64,000 nt of DNA, from the NCBI GenBank assembly GCA_013388455.1, contig JACAFF010000022.1:41866-105865 (forward strand), written 5' to 3'. Within the stretch, counting starts at the first letter, position 1. Each line of letters starts with the position of its first letter. The position numbers were made by a program, and so were the translations under genes. The stretch is from Nitrospirota bacterium. GTDB taxonomy: Bacteria; Nitrospirota; Thermodesulfovibrionia; Thermodesulfovibrionales; SM23-35. Positions 1-8,207 of this stretch are shown here, in pieces. The notes beneath the pieces were generated by a model. The model was not told the origin of the DNA and searched no databases. It worked only from the letters and a program-made list of their open reading frames with translations.

Positions 1-13
1 TAAATGTATTAAG

Positions 14-42
14 TTGACAACTTTATAAAATTTATTTATATT
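14..42 (+). promoter_or_regulatory. sigma70-type promoter (TTGACA-17 nt-TATATT) for the thi leader
   Basis: TTGACA at 14-19, 17-nt AT-rich spacer, TATATT at 37-42, about 10 nt upstream of the riboswitch aptamer. Confidence 0.5.
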
Positions 43-51
43 AAAAATAAA

Positions 52-142
52 CCCTGGGGGAGGCTCAAAGCCTGAGAGTTTTTCGTCATTGGCGAAAAAG
101 ACCCCATGAACCTGATACGGATAATGCCGGCGTAGGGAATGG
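52..142 (+). promoter_or_regulatory. TPP (THI-box) riboswitch aptamer
   Basis: Contains the hallmark elements CTGGGGGAGGC...CCTGAGAG...ACCCCATGAACCTGATACGGATAATGCCGGCGTAGGGAA, directly upstream of thiE-thiC-thiD. Confidence 0.85.
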
Positions 143-150
143 GAAAAATT

Positions 151-180
151 ACCGTATCCTTCAGGGATACGGTTTTTTGT
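151..180 (+). terminator. riboswitch expression-platform intrinsic terminator
   Basis: ACCGTATCC / GGATACGGT 9-bp stem followed by TTTTTTGTTTT; lies between aptamer and thiE start. Confidence 0.75.
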
Positions 181-197
181 TTTATGATGATTTTGAA

Positions 198-824
198 ATG
201 TCTAATATTGATTTCAATTTATATCTCATCACTGACAGAAAATTATTTTCGACGCAGTGTTCATTATATTTAGCACTCGAAGATGCTCTTAAAGCCGGCG
301 TGAAAGCGATTCAATTAAGGGAAAAAGATTTAACAGTAAAGGAAGTCTTCGAAATGGCACTATGGCTGAGAAATCTGACAAGAGAATATGAAGCAAAACT
401 GTTTATCAATGACAGAGCAGATGTTGCCCTTGCTGTTAATGCTGATGGAATTCATCTCAGTCAAAACAGTATTCCTGTGGATGCAGTTAAAAAGATTACT
501 AAAAATAATCTCTTAATTGGAGTATCCACTCATAATATTGAAGAAGCTATTAATGCAGAAAAAGCAGGTGCTGATTTCATCACCTTCGGCCCAATTTATC
601 AAACTACTTCGAAACCGGAATATAAAAATACGACTGGAGTTGATATTATCCGTGATTTGAAAATGCACATTTCCATAAAGATATTAGCTATTGGCGGTAT
701 AAAACCTGATAAGGTCAAAGAAGTAATAGATGCAGGTGCTGATGGTATTGCATTAATCTCTGCAATCCTCGCATCTAAAAATATTCACGAAACAACTCAA
801 GAATTTATGAGGTTGCTGAAATGA
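198..824 (+). CDS. thiE: thiamine-phosphate synthase
   Basis: ORF-track protein (LYLITDR..., IQLREKD, GVSTH, FGPIY, AIGGI) is typical ThiE. ATG at 198 follows the leader terminator, whereas the TTG at 177 lies inside the terminator T-tract. Stop overlaps the thiC start (ATGA). Confidence 0.85.
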   Translation: MSNIDFNLYLITDRKLFSTQCSLYLALEDALKAGVKAIQLREKDLTVKEVFEMALWLRNLTREYEAKLFINDRADVALAVNADGIHLSQNSIPVDAVKKITKNNLLIGVSTHNIEEAINAEKAGADFITFGPIYQTTSKPEYKNTTGVDIIRDLKMHISIKILAIGGIKPDKVKEVIDAGADGIALISAILASKNIHETTQEFMRLLK

Positions 825-2116
825 CAAGGATTGAATTAGCAAAAAAAGGAGTTATCACCGATGAGATGAAAGAAGTATCAACTTCTGAATCCATCTCGCC
901 TGAAAAACTTGCTTCTGATATTGCATCGGGACTTACTGTCATACCTGTAAACACAATTCGCAAGATAAAACCTATTGGAATTGGTAGGGGATTGAAAACA
1001 AAGGTCAATGCAAACATAGGAACATCAAAAGATAGGGTTTCCTTTGAAGATGAAGAAAAGAAACTTGATCTTCTTGTCAGATATGGGGCAGATGCTGTAA
1101 TGGATCTCTCAACCGGAGGATCTATGAAAGAAATAAGAAGGCTGATCCTCAAAAAATCTCCCCTAACTGTCGGAACAGTTCCTATATATGAAGCAGCAAT
1201 AATCGCTGTGGAGAAATACGGCAGAATAGCTAAAATGACTGCTGATGATATTTTCACTGTTATCAAAGCACACGCTGAAGAAGGCGTAGACTTTATTACT
1301 GTTCACTGTGGAGTAACAAAAAAGGCTATAGAAAGATTACAAAATGAAGGCCGGATTTTAGATGTTGTAAGCCGTGGTGGTTCATTTCTTCTCGAATGGA
1401 TTATCTACAACGATAAAGAAAATCCACTCTATGAGTACTACGACAGACTTCTCGATATTGCGAAAGAATATGATTTGACGTTAAGCCTTGGCGATGGGTT
1501 ACGTCCTGGTTGCCTTGGAGATGCAACAGACAGAAGTCAGATTGAAGAACTTCTGACCATTGGTGAGTTACGGGATAGAGCACTCGATGTAGGAGTTCAG
1601 ACAATTATAGAAGGGCCTGGGCATGTACCTCTGAATCAAGTAGAATTGAACATAAAAATCCAGAAAGAGATTTGCAAAGGTGCACCATTCTATGTGCTCG
1701 GCCCTCTGGTTACAGACGTTGCAATGGGATACGATCATATTGCTGCAGCCATAGGAGGTGCGATTGCAGGTGCTGCAGGTGCTGACTTCCTATGCTATGT
1801 AACACCAGCTGAACACATAAGGTTGCCGAACATCGAAGATGTCAAAGAAGGACTTATAGCTTCGAAAATTGCTGCACATGCTGCTGACATTGCAAAAGGA
1901 ATCCCTTCAGCAGTCGAACGTGACAAAAAAATGGCTGAATACAGGAAGAATCTCGACTGGGAAGGCCAGGCTTCTTTAAGCTTTGATCCTGAAAGGGTAA
2001 GAAAATGGCGTTCAGAGGCACCGCCTTCGGAGCAGGATGTATGTAGTATGTGCGGCGAGTTCTGTGCAATTAGGACAGTGGAGAGAGCATTAAAGAAAGG
2101 GAAAGAAAAAAAGTAA
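821..2116 (+). CDS. thiC: phosphomethylpyrimidine synthase (radical SAM ThiC)
   Basis: 431 aa with ThiC signatures (GTVPIYEA, DFITVHCG, SRGGS, C-terminal CSMCGEFCA Fe-S motif); translationally coupled to thiE and thiD. Confidence 0.95.
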   Translation: MTRIELAKKGVITDEMKEVSTSESISPEKLASDIASGLTVIPVNTIRKIKPIGIGRGLKTKVNANIGTSKDRVSFEDEEKKLDLLVRYGADAVMDLSTGGSMKEIRRLILKKSPLTVGTVPIYEAAIIAVEKYGRIAKMTADDIFTVIKAHAEEGVDFITVHCGVTKKAIERLQNEGRILDVVSRGGSFLLEWIIYNDKENPLYEYYDRLLDIAKEYDLTLSLGDGLRPGCLGDATDRSQIEELLTIGELRDRALDVGVQTIIEGPGHVPLNQVELNIKIQKEICKGAPFYVLGPLVTDVAMGYDHIAAAIGGAIAGAAGADFLCYVTPAEHIRLPNIEDVKEGLIASKIAAHAADIAKGIPSAVERDKKMAEYRKNLDWEGQASLSFDPERVRKWRSEAPPSEQDVCSMCGEFCAIRTVERALKKGKEKK

Positions 2117-2877
2117 TGAAAACAGCACTCACCATAGCAGGCTCTGACCCGACAGGCGGTGCAGGCATTCAGGCAGACCTGAAAGTATTCAGAGCATTTG
2201 GCATACACGGTTTATCTGTTGTGGCTGCCATCACCGCTCAAAACACACAAGGTATTGAAGCCATCTTTTCTGCTGATAAAAATGCGATTAAAAAACAGTT
2301 TGTAACACTCCTGTCTGATATAAAACCAGATGCACTCAAGATAGGAATGGTTTACAGCGTTGATGCTGTTAAGATTATAGCTGATTTGATAAATAAATAT
2401 TCACTTAAAAACCTTGTAATCGATCCGGTAATTATCTCTTCATCCGGCACTTCACTTGTTGAGAATGGAACTATAGATGCAATTAAGAAAACCCTCTTCC
2501 CTCTGTCAAAGGTTATAACCCCTAACATATATGAGGCATCCGTTCTTACCGGAATAATGATTGAAGATAGGAAAGGGATGGAAGAAGCTGTGAGGGTTCT
2601 TAAAGATATGGGGGCTGATGTTATTATCATTACGGGTGGTCACTTTAAAGAGACAGCGGTTGACCTTTATTATGATGGAGCTTTCCACATTGTAGAAAGT
2701 AGAAAGCTGAAAGGTGAATACCACGGCACCGGATGTGCATTTTCTGCTGCAATAACTGCCCTCCTTGCCCTTGATTACACTTCACTTGAAGCAGCAAAAA
2801 AAGCAAAAGAGTTCGTTTGCAACGCAATAAAAAAGGCATACCATCTCGGCAAAGGGATGGAGATTCTTAATATATAA
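2116..2877 (+). CDS. thiD: hydroxymethylpyrimidine/phosphomethylpyrimidine kinase
   Basis: 253 aa, TIAGSDPTGGAGIQADLK N-terminus and GTGCAFSAAI motif typical of ThiD. Confidence 0.9.
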   Translation: MKTALTIAGSDPTGGAGIQADLKVFRAFGIHGLSVVAAITAQNTQGIEAIFSADKNAIKKQFVTLLSDIKPDALKIGMVYSVDAVKIIADLINKYSLKNLVIDPVIISSSGTSLVENGTIDAIKKTLFPLSKVITPNIYEASVLTGIMIEDRKGMEEAVRVLKDMGADVIIITGGHFKETAVDLYYDGAFHIVESRKLKGEYHGTGCAFSAAITALLALDYTSLEAAKKAKEFVCNAIKKAYHLGKGMEILNI

Positions 2878-2973
2878 TGTAACCAAACTTGTCCAAATAA
2901 AATTTCGACAGACGGAAAGCAAGACAGGGCAAGTCCATGTGCTCCTGTATCTGGTATAATACCAATAGTTCAA

Positions 2974-4338
2974 ATGGCAAAAACCAAAACCTTTTTTCAG
3001 TGTCAGTCTTGTGGTTATACAAGCCCGAAATGGCTCGGCAAATGCCCGGATTGCGGAGAATGGAACAGCTTTGCTGAAGAAAAAAAAGAGATACGTTCCC
3101 GGCATGCTGATATTAGTCCTAATCTCGGGAAATCTGCCCCTCAATCTTTAAGTTCAATCAGGAGTCAACAAGGCCAGAGGGCATCAACTGGTATAAGAGA
3201 ACTTGATAGAGTTCTCGGAGGCGGTGTGGTTGGAGGTTCTGTAATTCTAATTGGAGGCGATCCAGGTATAGGAAAATCAACCCTTTTACTACAAACTCTC
3301 TCTGGTTTATCAGAAAAAGGCGACAAAGTTCTTTATGTCTCATCTGAAGAATCTCCAGATCAAATAAAGATCCGAGCTGACAGAATGTCAATTAACTCAG
3401 ATGATATCATCCTGCTTGCTGAAACCTCTATTGAGGCTGTTTTGCATACATCTTTGAAAATTGAACCGAAGGCTTTGGTTATTGATTCTATACAGACTGT
3501 ATATACAGAAGAGATCATCTCGGCACCCGGTTCTGTAAGCCAGGTAAGAGAATGTGCATCAAAGCTGATGTTCTTTTCAAAAAAGACAAATATCCCGGTA
3601 TTCATTGTTGGTCATGTAACAAAAGAAGGTGCTATTGCAGGACCACGTGTGCTCGAACATATTGTTGATACAGTCCTTTATTTTGAAGGAGACAGTAGCC
3701 ATTCATACAGGATACTCCGTGCGGTAAAAAATCGTTTTGGTTCTGTAAACGAGATAGGAATTTTTGAGATGACAGATGCCGGACTCCTCGAAATCGAAAA
3801 CCCTTCAGAGCTTTTTCTCCTCGAAAGACCTTTGCACGTCTCCGGTTCAACAGTAGTAGCAAGCATTGAAGGTACTAGACCGCTTATGGTCGAGATTCAG
3901 GCACTCGTATCTCTTACAAATTTCGGAATGCCCAGAAGAACCTCTATGGGAGTTGACTTCAACAGGGTAAATCTACTCGTTGCAGTCCTTGAGAAAAGAG
4001 CAGGAATACATCTCGGGGGCATGGATGTATTCGTAAATGTTGTGGGAGGATTAAAAATTGTCGAACCTGCTGTTGATCTCGGCATTATTGCTACGGTTGT
4101 CTCATCATTGAGAGATGCCCCGATAGATCCAAAACTTTTCCTTTTCGGTGAGGTCGGTCTTTCAGGAGAAATAAGAGCAGTTTCCCAGGCAGAGGCAAGA
4201 ATGAAAGAAGCATCAAAGATCGGTTTTCAGAAGGCTGTCATTCCATCAGGAAATGCGGAAAAAATAAAAGACAGATTCGGGCTTGAAATCAGAGGAGTCA
4301 GAAATGTTGAAGAATCTCTTGAAGCTATTTTCAATTAG
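2974..4338 (+). CDS. radA: DNA repair protein RadA/Sms
   Basis: N-terminal zinc finger CQSCGY...CPDCGEW, Walker A GDPGIGKST, KNRFG motif, Lon-like C-terminal domain. Confidence 0.95.
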   Translation: MAKTKTFFQCQSCGYTSPKWLGKCPDCGEWNSFAEEKKEIRSRHADISPNLGKSAPQSLSSIRSQQGQRASTGIRELDRVLGGGVVGGSVILIGGDPGIGKSTLLLQTLSGLSEKGDKVLYVSSEESPDQIKIRADRMSINSDDIILLAETSIEAVLHTSLKIEPKALVIDSIQTVYTEEIISAPGSVSQVRECASKLMFFSKKTNIPVFIVGHVTKEGAIAGPRVLEHIVDTVLYFEGDSSHSYRILRAVKNRFGSVNEIGIFEMTDAGLLEIENPSELFLLERPLHVSGSTVVASIEGTRPLMVEIQALVSLTNFGMPRRTSMGVDFNRVNLLVAVLEKRAGIHLGGMDVFVNVVGGLKIVEPAVDLGIIATVVSSLRDAPIDPKLFLFGEVGLSGEIRAVSQAEARMKEASKIGFQKAVIPSGNAEKIKDRFGLEIRGVRNVEESLEAIFN

Positions 4339-4927
4339 CATTTTTCTTGTATTCTTCTCCTGCACACCTCACCGTGTAGAATCACCTGCATATACGGTTA
4401 TAAATGTGGAGGATCTTATTTCTTCAAAGAGAAATATTTCGTCTATTGAAACGATATTCTCCATCACCTTTGAGAATGATGGATTAAAGTATAAGGGAGA
4501 TGGTTTTCTGACTATATCAAAGAATGGGGATATGACTTTGCGCATTTATTACTTAGGCTTCCTCAGATTCGAGATGACCTCCATGAACAATGAAGTAAAA
4601 AGCAATCCCGTGATTGACAGGAATAAGTCTACAATACTAACCGAGGGGTTCAGAGATTGTCTTTTCTGGTGGGATATGACAGATTTCGAGATGACTGAAC
4701 AAAGTGATTCCTATCTGCTAAAAAACACTTTCAGAAAGGTATGGCTGGATAAGGGAACAAAATTACCCTTAAAACAGACCATTACCCTCATGGACGGAAG
4801 GGAACTCCGTATCTTTTATGAAAAACCTGAAAGAATCAAAGAAGTTTGGTATCCTTCAAAGATCCGAATAGAATTTATTCAATATGTTGTAACTTTAGAT
4901 ATCGAGGAGATTTTATTTTTTCTCTGA
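4304..4927 (+). CDS. hypothetical lipoprotein (LolB/LppX-like size)
   Basis: Start at internal ATG gives MLKNLLKLFSISIFLVFFSC lipobox-like signal; no recognisable catalytic motif. Confidence 0.5.
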   Translation: MLKNLLKLFSISIFLVFFSCTPHRVESPAYTVINVEDLISSKRNISSIETIFSITFENDGLKYKGDGFLTISKNGDMTLRIYYLGFLRFEMTSMNNEVKSNPVIDRNKSTILTEGFRDCLFWWDMTDFEMTEQSDSYLLKNTFRKVWLDKGTKLPLKQTITLMDGRELRIFYEKPERIKEVWYPSKIRIEFIQYVVTLDIEEILFFL

Positions 4928-5737
4928 GTTTAAACCAAGGTCAACTGCAACTGTTCTTATAACAGATCCATCAACAATGTTCAGCTTCGCAAGATATCCT
5001 TCAAGAAGTGCATTATCACAAACAGTGTTTATAAGACGAGGAACCCCATGCGTATATTTGTAAATCTGCTTTATTGCATCATCAGAAAAAACATTATTAT
5101 CACATCCGGCAATCTTTAATCTATGTCTGATGTAATCTTTTGCATCAGCTTCTGAAAACTCTTTCAGTCTTATCTTTACAGCCACCCTCTGTTTTAATGG
5201 CTCGTCGAGAGCAAGGACATCTTCAAGTTCGGATAGACCAAAAAATATAAAATTCAGCATCTTTCCATCAGGTGATTCCATATTTAAAAGACCCCTGAAT
5301 TCTTCCATAATCTCCTTCGAATTCAACATTTGCACCTCATCTATCATTACTATTGATTTCTTACCTTCTTCGTTAATCTCTGTAAGTCTTTTATAAATCT
5401 GGCTGAGCAGTTCTATCTTATCGTTAACAACCTCCTTAACTCCAAGTTGTACTGCAAATTTTCTAAAGAGCCACTCTGAACTTACACTGGAATGCACAAC
5501 TACAAGTAAGGCTGCTTCATATATATTCTCATCCAGTTCCTCAAGTAATCTTCTTGCCAGAGTTGTCTTCCCAGTCCCAATTCCACCAATAACAACAGCA
5601 AGACCTTTTCTTGTATCTATTGCATATTTAAGTTTTATGAGGGCATCTGTATGTTGACGGCTATTAAAGTAAAACCTGCTGTCAACTACATTTGAGAACG
5701 GATGCTCTTTCAGACCATAGTATTCAAGGTAATCCAT
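4913..5737 (-). CDS. ExeA/MshM-type AAA ATPase
   Basis: 274 aa; N-terminal YYGLKEHPF, Walker A GGIGTGKTT, IDEVQ Walker B. Family resembles GspA/ExeA, MshM and the PEP-CTERM-locus ATPase. Start abuts the stop of the upstream TPR gene. Confidence 0.8.
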   Translation of the reverse strand: MDYLEYYGLKEHPFSNVVDSRFYFNSRQHTDALIKLKYAIDTRKGLAVVIGGIGTGKTTLARRLLEELDENIYEAALLVVVHSSVSSEWLFRKFAVQLGVKEVVNDKIELLSQIYKRLTEINEEGKKSIVMIDEVQMLNSKEIMEEFRGLLNMESPDGKMLNFIFFGLSELEDVLALDEPLKQRVAVKIRLKEFSEADAKDYIRHRLKIAGCDNNVFSDDAIKQIYKYTHGVPRLINTVCDNALLEGYLAKLNIVDGSVIRTVAVDLGLNSEKK

Positions 5738-8020
5738 TTATATATAAGAAACCCTGTCCTTCCTGTCCTTAATCTTCTTGTGTTCATCCCCCTCTACATG
5801 TTTGGAACTTAGCTGACTTATCTTATCAGAAACATCTCTGAATTTAGAATTCCATCCATAAACTTCTGTAAAAGTTTCAAGGGCTTCTTTTATATTACCA
5901 TTTTTATCATAAGCTTCTGCAAGATCGTATTTCATTGCCCAATAAGATTCTCCACGATCTTCCATCTTCTCAACAGCATTCTTGAGAACCTCAACTGCGA
6001 GCGAATATAGTCCTTTCTCCATATAACATAGGCCAAGCATATTTGAAGATGAGACAAACTTTTTCGGATCATTACGGGAAATCTGGAATTCCCTGATAGC
6101 ATCGTCTATTAATCCCATCTCCTTATATGCAATACCAAGATTGTAATGGGTCTCATAATCTTCTGCTTCGAGCTCTTTTTCAAGTCCTTTTTTAAATTCG
6201 TTAAAAATGTCCATAACATCACTATCAAGAGTTGGCTCCGCGATTTCTTCTGCTTCAAGAATTTCTTCTCCTGCAAACATTTGCTCTTTTGTAATCATCT
6301 CAGTTTCAGCAGATACTTTTTCGACCTCTGTTACATGTCCAATTGCATTAAGCTTCTGAGCTATTTCTTCATTATCTGGGAAAATTGTCTGCAGTCTTTC
6401 CAGAATTTCCCTCGCTTCATCGAGCAACCCCTGTCGTGAATAAAATTCTGCTTCTGAGATTTCCTCGCTGTAATCATCAATTGAAGGCTTTTCCGATGGT
6501 TTTGTAACATCCACTTCTTCCTCAGCTGGTGTTGGCAATGTCAAACCTGAAAGTCGGGGGTCTTCTGGATTTATTTCAAAAGCCTCTTTTATAACCTGCT
6601 GGCTCTTTTCAAATTCTCCACTTTTCTTATAGAGTTCATACAAGATAAGACATTCTGCAATTGCCTGTTCTTTATCTTGCGTGTCAATATAAAGAGACTT
6701 TAACTTTAAATGCAATTCTATATTTTCTGGTTCTTTGAATTTAAATACTTCGAGAAGCGCTTTTGCATTTTCATAAAGTCCGTATCTTAAAAATATATCA
6801 GCCTCTATTATCGCCTCATCAAGCGTTTTTTCAGCTTCTATCGTAATTTGTTCCTGTTTTATAACTTCACCTTCAAGCTCAATGATTTTAGAATTAAGCA
6901 CTTCATCATCAGGTGCCATTTTTAATGCTTCTTTATAACAATTAAGAGCTTCCCTCGGCTTTCCTATTTCATCATATTTATCTCCAAGAAAAGTAAGTTC
7001 ACGTACTATCTGTAAATAATCACCAAGTTGGATATAGAGCGAAACAAGCCGTTTCCCTGTCTCAATTGGATCTATATCTTTAAAATACTCTAAAATTTTT
7101 ATAGCATCTTCATATTTTTCTTCAAGAAGGATTTCGTCAAGTATTGGAAGAAATTCTTCCCACGCCTTTTCTTTATTACCTTCACTAATATATGTATCAG
7201 CAATTAGTCTTTTGGCTTTAATATTTGCCGGTTCTACTTCAAGGAGGTTTATTAAATATTCACGGGCTTCTTCAAAACGGTCAGCAGCCCTATGTAATTC
7301 AGCAGACTTGAAAAGAATCTCTGTATCCTGTGGGAATAAACTAACAGCTTCCTTAATCTGTTCAATAGCCTTGGCATTTTCACCAATCTTTTCATAGATC
7401 TGAATTATACCGAGTATTGCATCTTTATTAACAGGCTGAATATCAAGTGTCTTCTGATAATAATTTAAAGAATTTTCTGTATCTCCCTTTTCAGAATAGA
7501 TTCTCGCAATAGTCAGATACTGTCTTGCAGCATCGGCTATAAGATTTTCTTTCATATAAACTTCTGCAATCTTGCTCCTGAGTGGTATATTGGATGAAGA
7601 TAGGGAAAGTATCTTTTCGTATATTTCAATCAGCTTTTCTTTTTGTCCCTTTTTGGAAAGTGTATCAGCCGCTGCAAGATAAAACTTTATAGCATCAGTA
7701 ACAAGTCCTTTGCCTTCATTTAACTCTCCAAGTGCAATAAGAGATATTGCATCCGATGGGTTTATATTCAATATCTTTTTGTAAAGTGCTAATGCCTTTA
7801 AAGAAAATCCTTCTTGTCTGAAAAAATTTGCAGCCTTATGATAAGAATCTATTGCGTTATCTTTATCGTTTTTTTTCAGATAAAGATCACCGATGGTATT
7901 ATATGTATTTCCATCAGGAAATTCTTTTACAAGTTTCTCCCATTCAGCAATAGCTTTATCTATCTGGCCACGGGCAAGATACTTTTGAGCTTCTTTAATT
8001 ATGGCTGCTTTTTCAGACAT
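5738..8020 (-). CDS. large TPR-repeat protein (MshN-like partner of the ExeA-type ATPase)
   Basis: About 760 aa of repeated TPR-like units (A..Y.KAL.l.P) with an acidic linker; start chosen at MSEKAAIIKEAQ (8020) rather than the ORF-track 8053. Confidence 0.75.
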   Translation of the reverse strand: MSEKAAIIKEAQKYLARGQIDKAIAEWEKLVKEFPDGNTYNTIGDLYLKKNDKDNAIDSYHKAANFFRQEGFSLKALALYKKILNINPSDAISLIALGELNEGKGLVTDAIKFYLAAADTLSKKGQKEKLIEIYEKILSLSSSNIPLRSKIAEVYMKENLIADAARQYLTIARIYSEKGDTENSLNYYQKTLDIQPVNKDAILGIIQIYEKIGENAKAIEQIKEAVSLFPQDTEILFKSAELHRAADRFEEAREYLINLLEVEPANIKAKRLIADTYISEGNKEKAWEEFLPILDEILLEEKYEDAIKILEYFKDIDPIETGKRLVSLYIQLGDYLQIVRELTFLGDKYDEIGKPREALNCYKEALKMAPDDEVLNSKIIELEGEVIKQEQITIEAEKTLDEAIIEADIFLRYGLYENAKALLEVFKFKEPENIELHLKLKSLYIDTQDKEQAIAECLILYELYKKSGEFEKSQQVIKEAFEINPEDPRLSGLTLPTPAEEEVDVTKPSEKPSIDDYSEEISEAEFYSRQGLLDEAREILERLQTIFPDNEEIAQKLNAIGHVTEVEKVSAETEMITKEQMFAGEEILEAEEIAEPTLDSDVMDIFNEFKKGLEKELEAEDYETHYNLGIAYKEMGLIDDAIREFQISRNDPKKFVSSSNMLGLCYMEKGLYSLAVEVLKNAVEKMEDRGESYWAMKYDLAEAYDKNGNIKEALETFTEVYGWNSKFRDVSDKISQLSSKHVEGDEHKKIKDRKDRVSYI

Positions 8021-8096
8021 TTTCTTTACTATTGAAAGTATCACAATTAACAAAACCTGTCAATAATTTGGTTATCTTTAAAATCTGCCGGTAGAA

Positions 8097-8127
8097 AACG
8101 TCATTGTGAGTGATGGGTGCTGACAAT
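8097..8127. repeat. short dispersed repeat, GTCATTGYGAG family (copy 1)
   Basis: AACGTCATTGTGAGTGATGGGTGCTGACAAT resembles 27603-27668 and the reverse complement of 34190-34230. Confidence 0.4.
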
Positions 8128-8207
8128 TTGATAATTCTCTGTTAGCTTATTATAGGATTCCCTTATACTAAAAAACTTTTGAATAGAAATACCGTAAAAT
8201 AAAAGAT

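Noticed and set aside
177-197. TTG start at 177 for thiE (ORF-track start)
   Set aside because: It lies within the U-tract of the riboswitch terminator; the ATG at 198 gives a normal ThiE N-terminus.
805-1266. 153-aa minus-strand ORF antisense to thiC. The same applies to 1401-1604, 1795-2208, 2352-2630, 2782-3144 and similar ORFs inside thiC, thiD and radA
   Set aside because: Fully embedded antisense to genes with unmistakable conserved products; low-complexity Ser/Ile-rich translation typical of shadow ORFs in AT-rich DNA.
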